64,000 bases of DNA from Phoronis australis (lineage: Eukaryota; Animalia; Phoronida): positions 171,047-235,046 of the forward strand of contig NMRA01000459.1 in the NCBI GenBank assembly GCA_002633005.1, written 5' to 3'. Positions 1-11,633 of the stretch are shown here, one piece after another (the stretch's first letter is position 1; each line of letters opens with the position of its first letter). The notes beneath the pieces are model-generated. The model saw only the letters and a program-made list of their open reading frames with translations. It was not told the origin of the DNA and did no database searches. The translations under genes and the position numbers were made by a program.

Positions 1-1588
1 ACTGCGACTTCAGCTTTACTTCATAACTGCACCAATAACCAGCGAACACTAGTCCTTTTTAGCTAAAAATTTCACGAAAGTTGTTTTTATTCTGACGTTG
101 ACTATTAGGTACATGTATCTAAACAGAATAAAAATATAGAGCTTGGGACATTGATAGAAAACAATAGGAGCACTTTGGAAAAACATTTTTTTTTCATTTG
201 CCTACTTGAAACATTGCTACTGTTTACGTGGATAAAATCGATTGTACCGACTTTTGCTGCCTAACAGGAAATTGTTTTGAGCTACTCTCTACAAAAATTC
301 ATGAATATTGATTAATTAACAACTGAGATACTATTACATGGAAAAGATGGGGCGTTTTGGGAACTCCGAAAATAAATTGTCAGGCACACAGACAGACAGA
401 CAGAAAAGCAGACAGTCAAACAGATGGCCTGGCCGACAGACAGAAAGATTACATAATCTGGCCGTTTTCAAACAATACTCACGTGTCTGCAAGTACGCAT
501 ACAAGTTCCTACGATGGCTATGGATCTCCTTCCTAACTGCATTTTCAACTAAATTTTTAATGAATTACTTGCAGTTTAAGTGTACGCAATGATTTTGTCA
601 ATCCATTTTTACTCCGACCATAGCAATTTTTCACAGGAGAGCGTAGCATTGACCTAATGACTCAGTGGCCGTGGTGCACGAGCATAGTAGCCCCTGTCCC
701 TGCCTCCACTTTGCGCTCCATGCCCCCCCCCCCCTCGGCTCCCCGTCACTACCGATTTTGTAAAAAAAAAATTCCCCACGTATTTTAAATTTCAAAAACC
801 ACTCCGTGTAGAATCGAAGTTCTTTGGTGTGGGTTTTCAAAAGCCGGCAAACTGAAAAAGCGTAGATAATACAAGTGTAGAATTTTAGCGTTATGGCGGA
901 GAACTTGCATATCAAAAGTGGCAAAATCACGTAATAAATACTTTAAAACAGTACCAGTGGACATGTGCTAACAGTCGGAAATGAATGTACTATCTGGACT
1001 ATTGATGTCGATTATAGTCAATAATCTGCGGGTTTGTACTGGACATCTTTTTACTGATATGCAACTGACAGCGTGATGAGTGCCGCAACAGGAAAATGTG
1101 GTAATTACTCCTTGAAAGTGTGTAATGGTGTTCGTCTTTGCACTGTAGGCCTACTGACTTATAGAACGGCGTGTTATCTATTGAATTATTACAAATATGT
1201 TGCCGGTTACGTATATCATACTCTTTTCTTTTAGCGCACATTGTACGCCTCAATATAAATACTCACCTGCACATCTACAAGATTGCAGTTACTCCTGCAG
1301 TTATTATATTTTCAATTTTAAGTAAAAACCGGTGTGTCTTCCAAGTTAAGCGCCATCACAGAAAAGTTCTCCATACCATCGATTTTGTGTGTACTTAGCA
1401 GCACATGAAGCGCCACCACGGAGACATCACAAAATGATTTGATTTAGACCACTTACCGTCACAAAACTGGACCCAAATTTTCCCCCAGTAAAACTGAATT
1501 GGGATTTGTGGGCTTCGGAAGAATTGTAAGTGTGCGTGTTATCGCTTGAGACCAGGCTCTACAGGTGTCGCAGTATGTCGTGATGTCT

Positions 1589-1933
1589 TGCACTGAGTAT
1601 GGTCTCAAGGAATATATTGTGCACTGCAATATGGTCTCAAAGAATACAATGTACACCGAGTCTGATCACAAGGAATATATTGTGAACTGAGTGGGGTCTT
1701 AAGGAATATATTTTGCACTGAGTATGGTCTTAGGGAATATATTGCGCACTGCAGTATGTTCTTAAGGAATATATTGTGCACAACAGTGTGGTCTCAAGGA
1801 ACATATTGTGCACTGAGTATGGTCTTAAAGAATATATTGTGCACTGAATATGGTCTTAAGGAATATACATGTATTGTGCACTGAGTATGATCTTAAGGAA
1901 TATAGTGTGCACTGAGTATGGTCTCACGGAATA
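1589..1933. repeat. 31-bp minisatellite, about 11 copies
   Basis: Head-to-tail copies of tgcactgagtatggtc(t/c)(t/c)aaggaatatattg with scattered substitutions and no unique spacers. Confidence 0.95.
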
Positions 1934-2078
1934 ACGAACTGCCATTCCTTTACAAGTCCAAAAATCATCTGAGGAAGAAAAAAAAACACGTTCTAGCGTA
2001 CATGTAATTGGTTTCAATGAAAAGTTCGGTTTTTGGACGGATTGTGGGATGACATCCGCTTCAAATTATAAGCTATTT

Positions 2079-2252
2079 GGAATTATGGTACTCAATGGAG
2101 CAGAATACAGCAACACTCGGGGAATTATGGTACTCAATGGAGTAGAATACAGCAACACTCGGGGAATTATGGTACTCAATGGAGTAGAATACAGCAACAC
2201 TCGAGGAATTATGGTACTCAATGGAGTAGAATACAGCAACACTCGGGGAATT
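2079..2252. repeat. 42-bp minisatellite, 4.1 copies
   Basis: ggaattatggtactcaatggagtagaatacagcaacactcgg at 2079, 2121, 2163 and 2205. It explains the repetitive ORFs 2049..2255 and 2066..2290. Confidence 0.97.
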
Positions 2253-3115
2253 TGATATACACGTATTTCTTTGGCCACTACGTGTGTCACATGAAGGGAA
2301 TGTACTCTAATGTATTCTAATGCGCCACGAGTTAGGAGGAATGTAAGTCACGTGACCTTATACCACATTCACAGTGGTCCGAGCAGCGGCGTTCGATTAA
2401 ATTAGCATCCAACTAAAAATACCTTGAGGGAGAGCTGAGGCATTAATGTTCATTCATATGACCAGTCCAAGCGATGGGTGGTGCTAGTCCTGATTTTCAA
2501 ACCCAGCCATTTAGATCTACTTGTGTTTCATTTTTAATTGTATATTCAGAAAACCATCCCCCGCCAGTTGCAGAGATGCATTGTTATTAAAAATTGGTCT
2601 ATAGGTATTACAGGGATGACCGGACGTAACCCTTTGTATAGGAATGAAAAGCTTTCTATTCGTTGGATACCCCAGGTGTCTTCAGCTCTCATACCCCAAA
2701 ATACTACATGTACACCACAACTCCAATTCTAAGGTATTTACCATGCGCGCACCCAGCCAAAAATGACCTTTTACTAACAAAAACGGATATAAAACGGGGT
2801 ACCACGTTCAGAGCTATGAATTATGCATTCGCGCCTTTTTAGTGGACTTTCGTCTCGTTTTCTCGGACTTTTTGTTTCTCTATGTCGGACCTTTTTGCTC
2901 ACATCGCTCCCCGACCCCCCTCCCTTTCCCCTTGGTGCGCGCTTGTTTCCCCATAGTAATGTGCCTTCGTCAGACACTTGGCTACGTGTCACGGTTTGCA
3001 ATGAAAAATAGATCATCATTCTTACTGCAAAGCCAGTTAAGCGTTACTGCTGCGCAGCGATTTGCAATGTAGGCCATAAAAATGACTAGGGTGCCCAGCA
3101 CTTACAAGATGCATA

Positions 3116-3260
3116 AGCGCATCCAGGGGGGTCAAGAGCGCCCGGACCCCCTTTTCCCTTGATTTTATTAACTTTAACTCTAGAATTTTGGTCTTGGACC
3201 TCTCTTTTTAAAGTCCTTGATCCGAACCCCCACCTTTTAAAAATGCTAAATCCGCCCCTG
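3116..3260. mobile_element. Short non-autonomous element with G/C-run core and degenerate inverted ends
   Basis: Starts agcgcatccagggggg and ends aaatccgcccctg; the ends are imperfectly complementary. Confidence 0.4.
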
Positions 3261-5256
3261 AGTTACAAAAATGCCCAACTCCATACATAAGTGTGTTAAT
3301 CCGTGTCTTTTCCAAGACGACCTATCGTGTGCGGTTTTGTATACGGTTTTTGGAGTACTGGCTCGATCTACACATCGATTGTCGCATTCGACAGTCGTAT
3401 ACGCTTTTTGACACTACCAACACGCGTCGATTGTCGTGTGCGACTTCGTGCACAACTAGAAAAATCGTATCGGACCCTCTGTCTACTCCGATTAATCGTA
3501 TTCGTAAAACCATGGGCAGAGTGTGTCTACAGGTCTTTAGCTTACCAATCAAGGTCAATCACGAGGTCATTTATTAAAAAATCATGTGCAGTGCTTGTTC
3601 GTTGCCAGCAAAAGAGTCAGTCTAATTAAATTAAAAAGCAATAGCTCAAACCTGCTCAATGCTTAGAATCAGTGAACCCAAAATGGCTGGTAATGTTTCA
3701 ACAAGAAGTGACATGAGTCTTGTCTCTAAAAAGAAGCTGCCATGGGAATCTGTCGGTCATTTTCATATATAATTAAAACACAAATTGACTAATTTTGCGA
3801 GTAGGCTACCTTCAGCAAGCAATGTGCCAGTAGTTTCGGAAACTGTGATCCACTAAAGGCATTTTCTGAAAAGCTGGTCGGATAGGGATATTTTTCTTCC
3901 GATGGTCTGTGTTATACAACAATACGCTTTTGAGTTTAAGCGATAATGGAGATTTTAATTTGATAACTGCGATTCCACACAGTCAAATTAGTCTAAATCT
4001 CAGTTGGTCGAGTAAGCTTTTATGTTACGTTCGTTTTATACAAACCATCGATTCGGAAACTTTTGGTGGAGTATGAGGCTCTCTCTACGTACTCCAGTTT
4101 TCGCTCTATTCGCACTGTGTAGACAGGTTCCCTATGGAAGTCCTATACTTTTCATGAGTTATTTATTCCAACTACAAAAATCGACAGAAAGGTTTTTAAT
4201 ATTATACATGTATCTACATTAAAACTTTCATATCGCAGCCACGCCTGGTGGAAGAAAACTCAATAGTGCCGTATTTATTAAGTGAGAGAAGACTCGAGAT
4301 TCCCGCACGAATGCAGAATATGCATGCATAATTAAATAGCAGTGTAATTGAGTTCGTGCCTTCTGTTGAGTGCCCTTAGAATTACCTTGAACAGAATTTA
4401 ATATTCATCTCAGCGGGAGTAGTTGCCCTATCCAGATAAGCTGAGCACGGCTTGGGTGACACTCAACAGTTTTTGCTGATTTTGGGCTTGAAAAAACAGG
4501 CATTGTAAGCTCCAACAGTCTGTTCCAAAGGATGTACAAAACTTGAGAATAAAATGAACAGTTTATAGGCTCCAGGAATTTGCACAAAGTCTAAAACTAT
4601 GCCTGAACTACTATTATATATAAAGTGAATATTTTTAGTCGCAACCTTTTAAAAATGATGAACGTTTTTGCAAAATATTCACCCTCAATTTCCAGTGCTG
4701 ATGTTTTTATTTTCTATCCACCTAATTGGTGCGCAAACGTCTTCTGCTATCTTATGCAGATGTTTGAGGGAATTTTGAGTGATTATTGCGAGAAAATGAA
4801 CGGAAATCGGCGATTAACAAGAGACTGCAGTTGGTCTGTAGTTGTGCGGTCACGTGTCCCAGGGGACGGTAATGAGTTGGAGGATTTAGGTTTTGGTGGT
4901 GACGAAGGCGAATTTTCTGAGAGTTTGTCGTTTGAAAGTGCAGTGCAGTCGTTTAGTGATTCGAGCTCTTGATTGACGATTTTGCGAATCGAGACCTGAT
5001 CCGTCGCCTAATACATCGTCACTTAGAGGCCGTCAGTATAGGTCAGAAAATTCGAGGTCGTGCCACAGGGAATATCATTGAATCAGTTTCCAGGACGTTT
5101 TGATAAGAGCGAATATAAAGTACTAACCGTTACCCGCTAGTATGTGGGAAATACCGAGAGGAAATAGCACATTCAAGTGAATAAAAGTATTCATCACAAG
5201 AGACAGGGATACGTGTATTTCTTGATGAGAAGGTTTTATTTTAAAGCTTCAACCAG

Positions 5257-5657
5257 GGCCCGGTCTCCAACCTTTTTACTCGAAATGGAACTCGAAATTA
5301 GGTTTGGCATTTTCTACTCTACTTTTGGGCGAACTCAAGATAAGTGTCTATTATTCTATGCTCGAGTACACAATAACTTACGTAGATAATTTATTGCCCT
5401 TAGTTCACAGTTTGTAAACCCAATATTAAAGCAATAAGTTCGAGTTTGAACTCGAAATTTCGAGTTTTTACTCGAGTTTGTAGCACGAATATAAGGGTCT
5501 TCAAGGGCAAACTTGAACTAGAAACTCCTATGCATAAACTATAATGTATTCGATCACAGTCTGATAACCAATTATCTTAAGTTCGCGCAAAAGGAGCAGA
5601 GAAATTGCCAAAAATAGTTTCGAGTTCGTTTCGAGTACAAAGATTAGAGACCGGGCC
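5257..5657. mobile_element. MITE, PIF/Harbinger-type
   Basis: TIRs ggcccggtctc...gagaccgggcc extend imperfectly (tactcgaaa/tttcgagta). A 3-bp CAG target duplication lies at 5254-5256 and 5658-5660. Confidence 0.85.
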
Positions 5658-6971
5658 CAGAACTCGTTCTGTCAGATTTAGACAGCACGTGCAGTTGCGG
5701 CCGGGATTCATTCAGCCCTAGGCAGTACGAATTTTTTCCAGAACATTTAACCCTGCTGTAACATAATGTACGGTAATCAGCTACACGTATTCTTTAAAGT
5801 GAAAACTATATAAGGAAGCATTCAAAAATACTCTGCTATACACATAGCACATAATGTATACTTATGAAAGTCACATCATAAGTGTACATACTAAGGTAGA
5901 AAGCCTTCTACCTGTATGAATTAAGACTACAGTCAACTTAAAGCTAGGTAGCTGTGCGCTGAACTCCGTTAGACACCGAAATTTCACACAACCCAAGTAG
6001 CTCAGCTCGTCAACACTGTAGAACTAACGACCGGCTATTGCGAATGAAGAATCTGTGAATCAACCGACACTCACCTTGTCCGTTACATCCTTTGATGTGA
6101 AAAAGTATAATAAACGCCATCTTTGCCTAATTCTCCACCTTTTGTAACAAAGAAAAGTCTGTCGTCGCTTTAAAAACAGTGTCACCGCACGCCGTTTGCA
6201 AATAATCTCTCGGAAGATAATGGCAGCTTCGTAGCATAAAATTTTATCCTAAAATGGAGTTTGTTGATATTAAAATACAAAAAAGTTGTAACGAAATGAA
6301 ATCAATTCCATTTGCTATAACATGTACGCAACCTCGTGGAAGAGAAGAACAGTTGATTGAAGAATCGGGGAAATTAGCCAGTAGGTGATGCAATAGCGCC
6401 GAAAGCCGACCCAATAGAGCCCACCACAATTTTATCAGCAAAATAACGGTAGAACGCCATTTTTTCCAACATCGGTAAATAATTAAGTTTACTCAAGGAA
6501 AAGTTTAGTTTTTAATAACATCATTAATTTAGGCGGGGACAGGGCCTATGAAGTATATACCTGACGGAAGCCGGAGGGAGTGAAATTAAGTCGACAGACT
6601 GACGTCACTCAGGCCTTCGAGCCGACGAACTGACGTCACCAAGGCCAGTACGAAACTGGCCACCTTCCCTCCTCGTCCGCCAAAAAAGGCCTGAGAGAGA
6701 AAAAGAATACCTCGAATCTAAATAGGGGGCCGATGCACTACCTGGGATCAAGGCGGTGCCGAAACGGGCGCAACGAATGTATGCAGTACAGCGGGGGAGC
6801 GTTTGCGCGAACGATGCATTTTATATAATAGACAACTGTTACATTGTTTTAAGACGTTTTTGGATTACTTAATTTGATATTAAGTGTACCTTTGACAACA
6901 GCAAATGGATATTTGTGGAGGAAAATGTCGTAAACCATAGCTTTTTGTAAAAAGGTTTGTCGTTATCACTT

Positions 6972-7330
6972 ATAGTAGTTACCTATAGGCAACCTGTTTG
7001 TATTTGCGGACCCAGCTTTCGGCTCCTTCTTGGGCCCTTCGTCGGGGTAATAGCGGGAATCTTCGTGTCACAGGGCCACCTGTGAATGGTACTTGGCGGT
7101 TGTCAAACATCCCCTGATAGCTGTTACTTGCGAGGAGGCGCACGTAAATAGTTGATAATTCATATCCGCTGTCTGTGTTCAACTAAATTGGTTAATTGCC
7201 CATGATATCGACTGCTTCTCTGATTTTACGATTCCAATATTTATTTTCTCTAGATACATGTAGTACTTTGACTGGCTTTGCAAATGTTATGCGATGTGTC
7301 CATACGGTGTTGTCCTACAACTGTAGGGTT
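6972..7330 (-). mobile_element. Penelope-like retroelement 3' remnant (GIY-YIG C-terminus plus pLTR)
   Basis: Minus strand reads RENKYWNRKIREAVDIMGN*PI*LNTDSGYELSTIYVRLL, matching the RKIxEAIxI...LNRDxGYxL end of Penelope endonucleases. It is followed by a pLTR-like segment with a hammerhead-like motif. Confidence 0.75.
7005..7050 (-). ncRNA. Degenerate minimal hammerhead-like motif in Penelope pLTR
   Basis: Minus strand: tacc-CCGACGA-a-gggcccaagaaggagcc-GAAA-gctgg-GTC. Stem II is imperfect. Confidence 0.45.
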
Positions 7331-7734
7331 GCCAGGTGATATGTAAACTGTTCTTTTAGTTTGTTTTGTTTTTATTCCGAGCGGTCTCACAGACATACAA
7401 GTCATGTATTTCACTGGACGACTGATTTGTTCACTCGATGTTGTATATCACCCCGCATTTCTTGTTGTCTTTCAAGAGGACCAAAGGTTTGCCGGGGGAA
7501 TGTACCCAACCAACTGTTGTTCTCTGTAAATGTTAGACAGTTTTTCCGAGAGACCGTGAACGTACGGAAGGGCTGCGTTGACTAAAAGGGTCAACCTCCT
7601 TAGACACATTAGGTCTGGGATCCAGTCGGAGTACATGTACATTTACATGTAGTCATTGTCACCTAGGAACCAGTAGGCCAACTGGTTCCTAGTTGTCATG
7701 TAGCACAAGTGTTTGTCGTCTGACTTGTCTTTCG

Positions 7735-7846
7735 GGTGGACCATGCATGATACGGAAATTCCCGCCAGTACCCCCGACGAAGGGCCCAGAACGGGCCCGA
7801 AACCAAGGGTCCGTAAATACAAACAGGTCAACGATAGGTAACTACT
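7735..7846 (+). mobile_element. Inverted second copy of the Penelope pLTR
   Basis: Aligns to the reverse complement of about 6974-7080 (ggtgg...attcccgc...cccgacgaagggccca...gggtccg..aaatacaaacaggt...taggtaactacta), roughly 80% identical by eye. Confidence 0.8.
7768..7816 (+). ncRNA. Minimal hammerhead ribozyme-like motif with variant core CCGACGA
   Basis: CCGACGA (7774-7780), a, perfect stem II GGGCCC-agaac-GGGCCC, GAAA, C-caagg-G, then a GUC cleavage triplet at 7809-7811. Confidence 0.55.
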
Positions 7847-9439
7847 AACTGGTTTATATAAAACTTAAGTGTTACAAGAACGATTTTGTGACCTTGCCCT
7901 AATTCGCTGACATCTTTACCTTATTAAACTGGGTACTAAAGGGTAAAGTGAAGGGTAAAACTGGATGTTTTGTCGGCTAAAGTCTTGTTCCTGATTGGCA
8001 GGCGTGACATGACGTAGCCGGGTCACGCACGCCAGTAAGAGAACGATGCGTTCTCAACACCGCGAGCAGTCCGCTCGACAATCACGATTACGTAACATAT
8101 GTGAGTGAACGGGAAAATGAGTTTAGTTCTGTAATCATTTATGCTCATGATAATTTCATTTTCAAAACGTCAATGAAGTCGTGATCATAATTAAGGCTGT
8201 ATTGTCATTGAGCGTCAAATTTCAGATACTTATCCATTCATGGCTGCCGCAACGTGATACTTGAAATAATTGCAAACATCGCCACAAACTGATTACAAAA
8301 TCAGCACTTAATAACTGATCTAAGATTGTATTGACGCCGTTGTTCACATGCTCCGTTAGCTTGATCCATGATTTGCCTTGCAACTTACGTTACTACGCCA
8401 TTTGTTAAGCTTCGATTTCATGCACATTCACTAGCTTTAAAACCGACGTATCCCGTTGACTATTGCAGTCAGCAGACTAAATGTTAAGAAATCACCCCGG
8501 CTGAGTTAAGCGCCATTTCGTTCATTCGAGAAAAAACCGCTTAAACCCGTGCGTTTGGATGAATGGGCTACCTGATTAATAATTGACCCTCTTTTTAACA
8601 TCAGAATAGAGAGCAGGTCATCAGCCGAGGTCGAGAGTGGACTACGGGTAATTAAGGCCTTTGGTTTACTAACGCCACCTATTGAATTTCGAGTTGGCCC
8701 GTCGAATTGTAATAATTAGAGGTATCGTCATCAGCTATCAAAATCAGGAAACGGCATTTCATGGAGTTTTGTGTTGGTTCTGACTCGGAGTGAAAAGTTT
8801 GTCCAATCATACGGCACCGCTCTTAGGGATTTGCATTTTTTAAACTGAATCATTGCTTGTCGAATCCTACACAACAGGTTGAAGTATCGACTCTTTTAAA
8901 CATTTTTAAATAACGGTGCGTCTAAGATGCGAACAATTTCACATTGGGAAGACGGCCTTGACTTTGATCTGAGAAGTTGTCGCTTTCGTAATTTAAAGGT
9001 GTGCCAGTGGGAACTGCATTTACTTGTATTTTTCCGAACTCTGACTCAGCTTTTCAAAATAAATATGTCGCATTACAACCCAGTCTCTGCATCAGCAGAA
9101 CTTCATTGACATTAGAGTAGCGAACTTGAATGGCAATCTATTTACTAATGTGAAATAGTCATCACCATGGCAACAGTGTGGCCTGAGCCTGCGGACGTGC
9201 ATCAATGTGTGTGAATCATAAAAGGCGAGGAAGTGTCTCGGCAAGTTGCTATTAAGATTGATTTCACATCCTGCTTCCCATATTTACTTCGTGAGTCAAC
9301 ACTAGCGTGCACTATCTTGATTATTTCTGGTCAGATAAATTTTCACATTGTTACCAGACAAAAATCAGGACATTGCAATATCGGGCATCATGAAAAAATG
9401 ATAATTTGCGCTTTTGATAACTGGGTTTCAGTTTGCTGC

Positions 9440-10860
9440 TTCCACATGTTTGTCTTCATGGGCCAGAGTTCCCCATGAAAATGTCATAGTGATTCTCCCA
9501 TCCTTGGCCAGATTTATAGGAGAAGCAATCCAGAGAATCCGTATGTCAAACCATCGTTCCCTGAAGACTTGTTATTTTTGGAACTTCGAGAATTTCTTCC
9601 TCTGCTAAATCCAAACCAAGCAATTCGAATCCCCCTAGGATAATGAAGTCAATAAATCAAAAATATTTTGAGGAGTATTCATCTCTCCGATGTCATGCTT
9701 ATAGTATAAGTATGAATAATAATTCAATAACTCCTTTTCAATCACTACACTGACTTTGATCAACTGCTCACTTGTACACATGTATTCTTGAGAGAAGGAA
9801 TACATTTCTTTTTAAAATTTCTATTTTCTATGCTGGAAAAATATTTTGAGATATTTTCCCCTTCTTCGACTAATTGAGCTTTACTTCTGATCACTTCACC
9901 TTTAATTCTTTGTCAGCCTTGCAAAATCCTCAAACTGTATTCATCTCTTGCCAAGTTTTCTTGAACCCACTAATCTAAATTGCAGTCTTTCAATTCTCCC
10001 GTTAGCGTATTCATAAATCTAATCAAATCATTTTCCTCTTTGTTCTCCCATTTCTTTTTATTTTTAGAATAATTTTGGGTGAAATTCCTTATATTCATTT
10101 AAACCACTTCCCATTTTGTTTGTAAATTACTTAAACATGAATATTGGTTAATGTTGTTTTAATAACGATGTTTAATTTATTTTCATAATAGTCATTTTCA
10201 AACAGGCTGTTATTTATCCTCGAAAAAAACAGGGCACCTTGGGTTATCAGATGTATCAAAACAAGACGAACAGAAAAATGATCAGAAAAAAATCATTGTT
10301 GACAGAACATTTGAGCTGATCTTTGAAGAAGTCAGAGCATAACCAAAGATCAATTCTACTTTGTAACCTGAAATATCGATTATATGAACTGTTTTCTGTC
10401 AGGAGATTAAACTTGTTAATTGAAGCCGAAATCTGAGTAATAACAGATTGTTTTCTACTTATATGTCTGAGTCCTTGTTTGTCAATTCGCCCTAGTGGGC
10501 AATTGAAATCACCCTCACAAAATTTACTATTATATACATACTTGAATAAGATCAATGGTTTGGAGAAAACTTAATATACTCCTATTGTCATTGAGAAAAT
10601 AGACATTTAAGAAAATATATTTGCAGTCCCCAATTTCAGCCTCTAAAAGGACATATCTACCGTCATGTTCACGAGTAAATGTGTTCCCAGTTAAATTCAA
10701 ATTTCTATCAAAAAGAATTGCCACGCCTCTGCTGTGTTCTGATGCATGGGCCACAGAAATATCCCCACCCCATTGCTGCCGCCATTTTCTATGGTTGCTT
10801 GTTTCCTGTAGAAATGCTACATCTACCGCTTGTTTTTTAGATAGTTAAATAAATGTAGTC
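9440..10860 (-). mobile_element. Decayed L1/Tx1-clade LINE ORF2 (AP endonuclease into RT linker)
   Basis: Frameshifted motifs in order on the minus strand: VAFLQET, HASEHSRGVAILF, DGRYVLL...NVY, GDFNC, SRIDLWL, KWEVV and EEGENISKYF. Confidence 0.85.
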
Positions 10861-11633
10861 TTTTCAGTAGTTGAAGTAATTAGTTTATCACACTTTTGTA
10901 AATATCATTGCGTCCTGTTTTTTACTGAAGAATGTAATTGTATCAAATGGCACCAAAGGTGCAACTAATATATAAAGATGTAAAATTTTGAAATTTTGAA
11001 TGAATACCTGACTAAATTTTTCAGCAACTGTGTGAGATCCATATTCTAAAACCTTTGATCATTACAGAGGTAGAAATCTTCTGATTCATTGAAATTATTT
11101 CCCTGCAGGTTTTATTAGTCATTTATATAACTTTATTGGTTCTTTTCATTATTATGTTAGTATTACAGCATAAACTGGTTGACTTCACACTTCATTAAAT
11201 AAGTACTTAATTAACTAATTAATTAATCAGTCAATTAGCATATGAATGGTTTCATTATTACACTCTGTTATTTTTCGTATTTTGGCAACACTCTTGGTTT
11301 TTAGAATTAAAAGATATGTTTAAACCTGCCAGGTAAGCAAATTTGTGCTTTTGTTTAATCATACACCATCAAGAACTGACGAAGGGCTTTCTAATGATAT
11401 GACTCTCACGCAATTCGGTTGAAAAAACGGCGGAGTTGCGAAAAGTTTTATTGACAGAAAAGAAAGTGACACTTTTCCCATTGACCTAGTGTTAAACATA
11501 TTTTTGTTCTAATTGTCCTAGGTACATGATTTTGTTATCATCCTAGAGCTCTGGTAGTAAGTGATCATGTGAATACACTTTAATGAAATTATAAACTTTT
11601 GAGATTATTGTATTTGAAGTCTGGAATGCGTTA

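Noticed and set aside
1589-2252. Regular 31- and 42-bp repeats resembling a CRISPR array or a repeat-protein ORF
   Set aside because: The units are head-to-tail with no unique spacers, there are no cas genes, and the context is eukaryotic. The 42-bp ORFs exist only because the unit is a stop-free multiple of 3.
4625-4972. 115-aa ORF with an acidic end
   Set aside because: Non-ATG start, no recognisable domain and no splice partners found.
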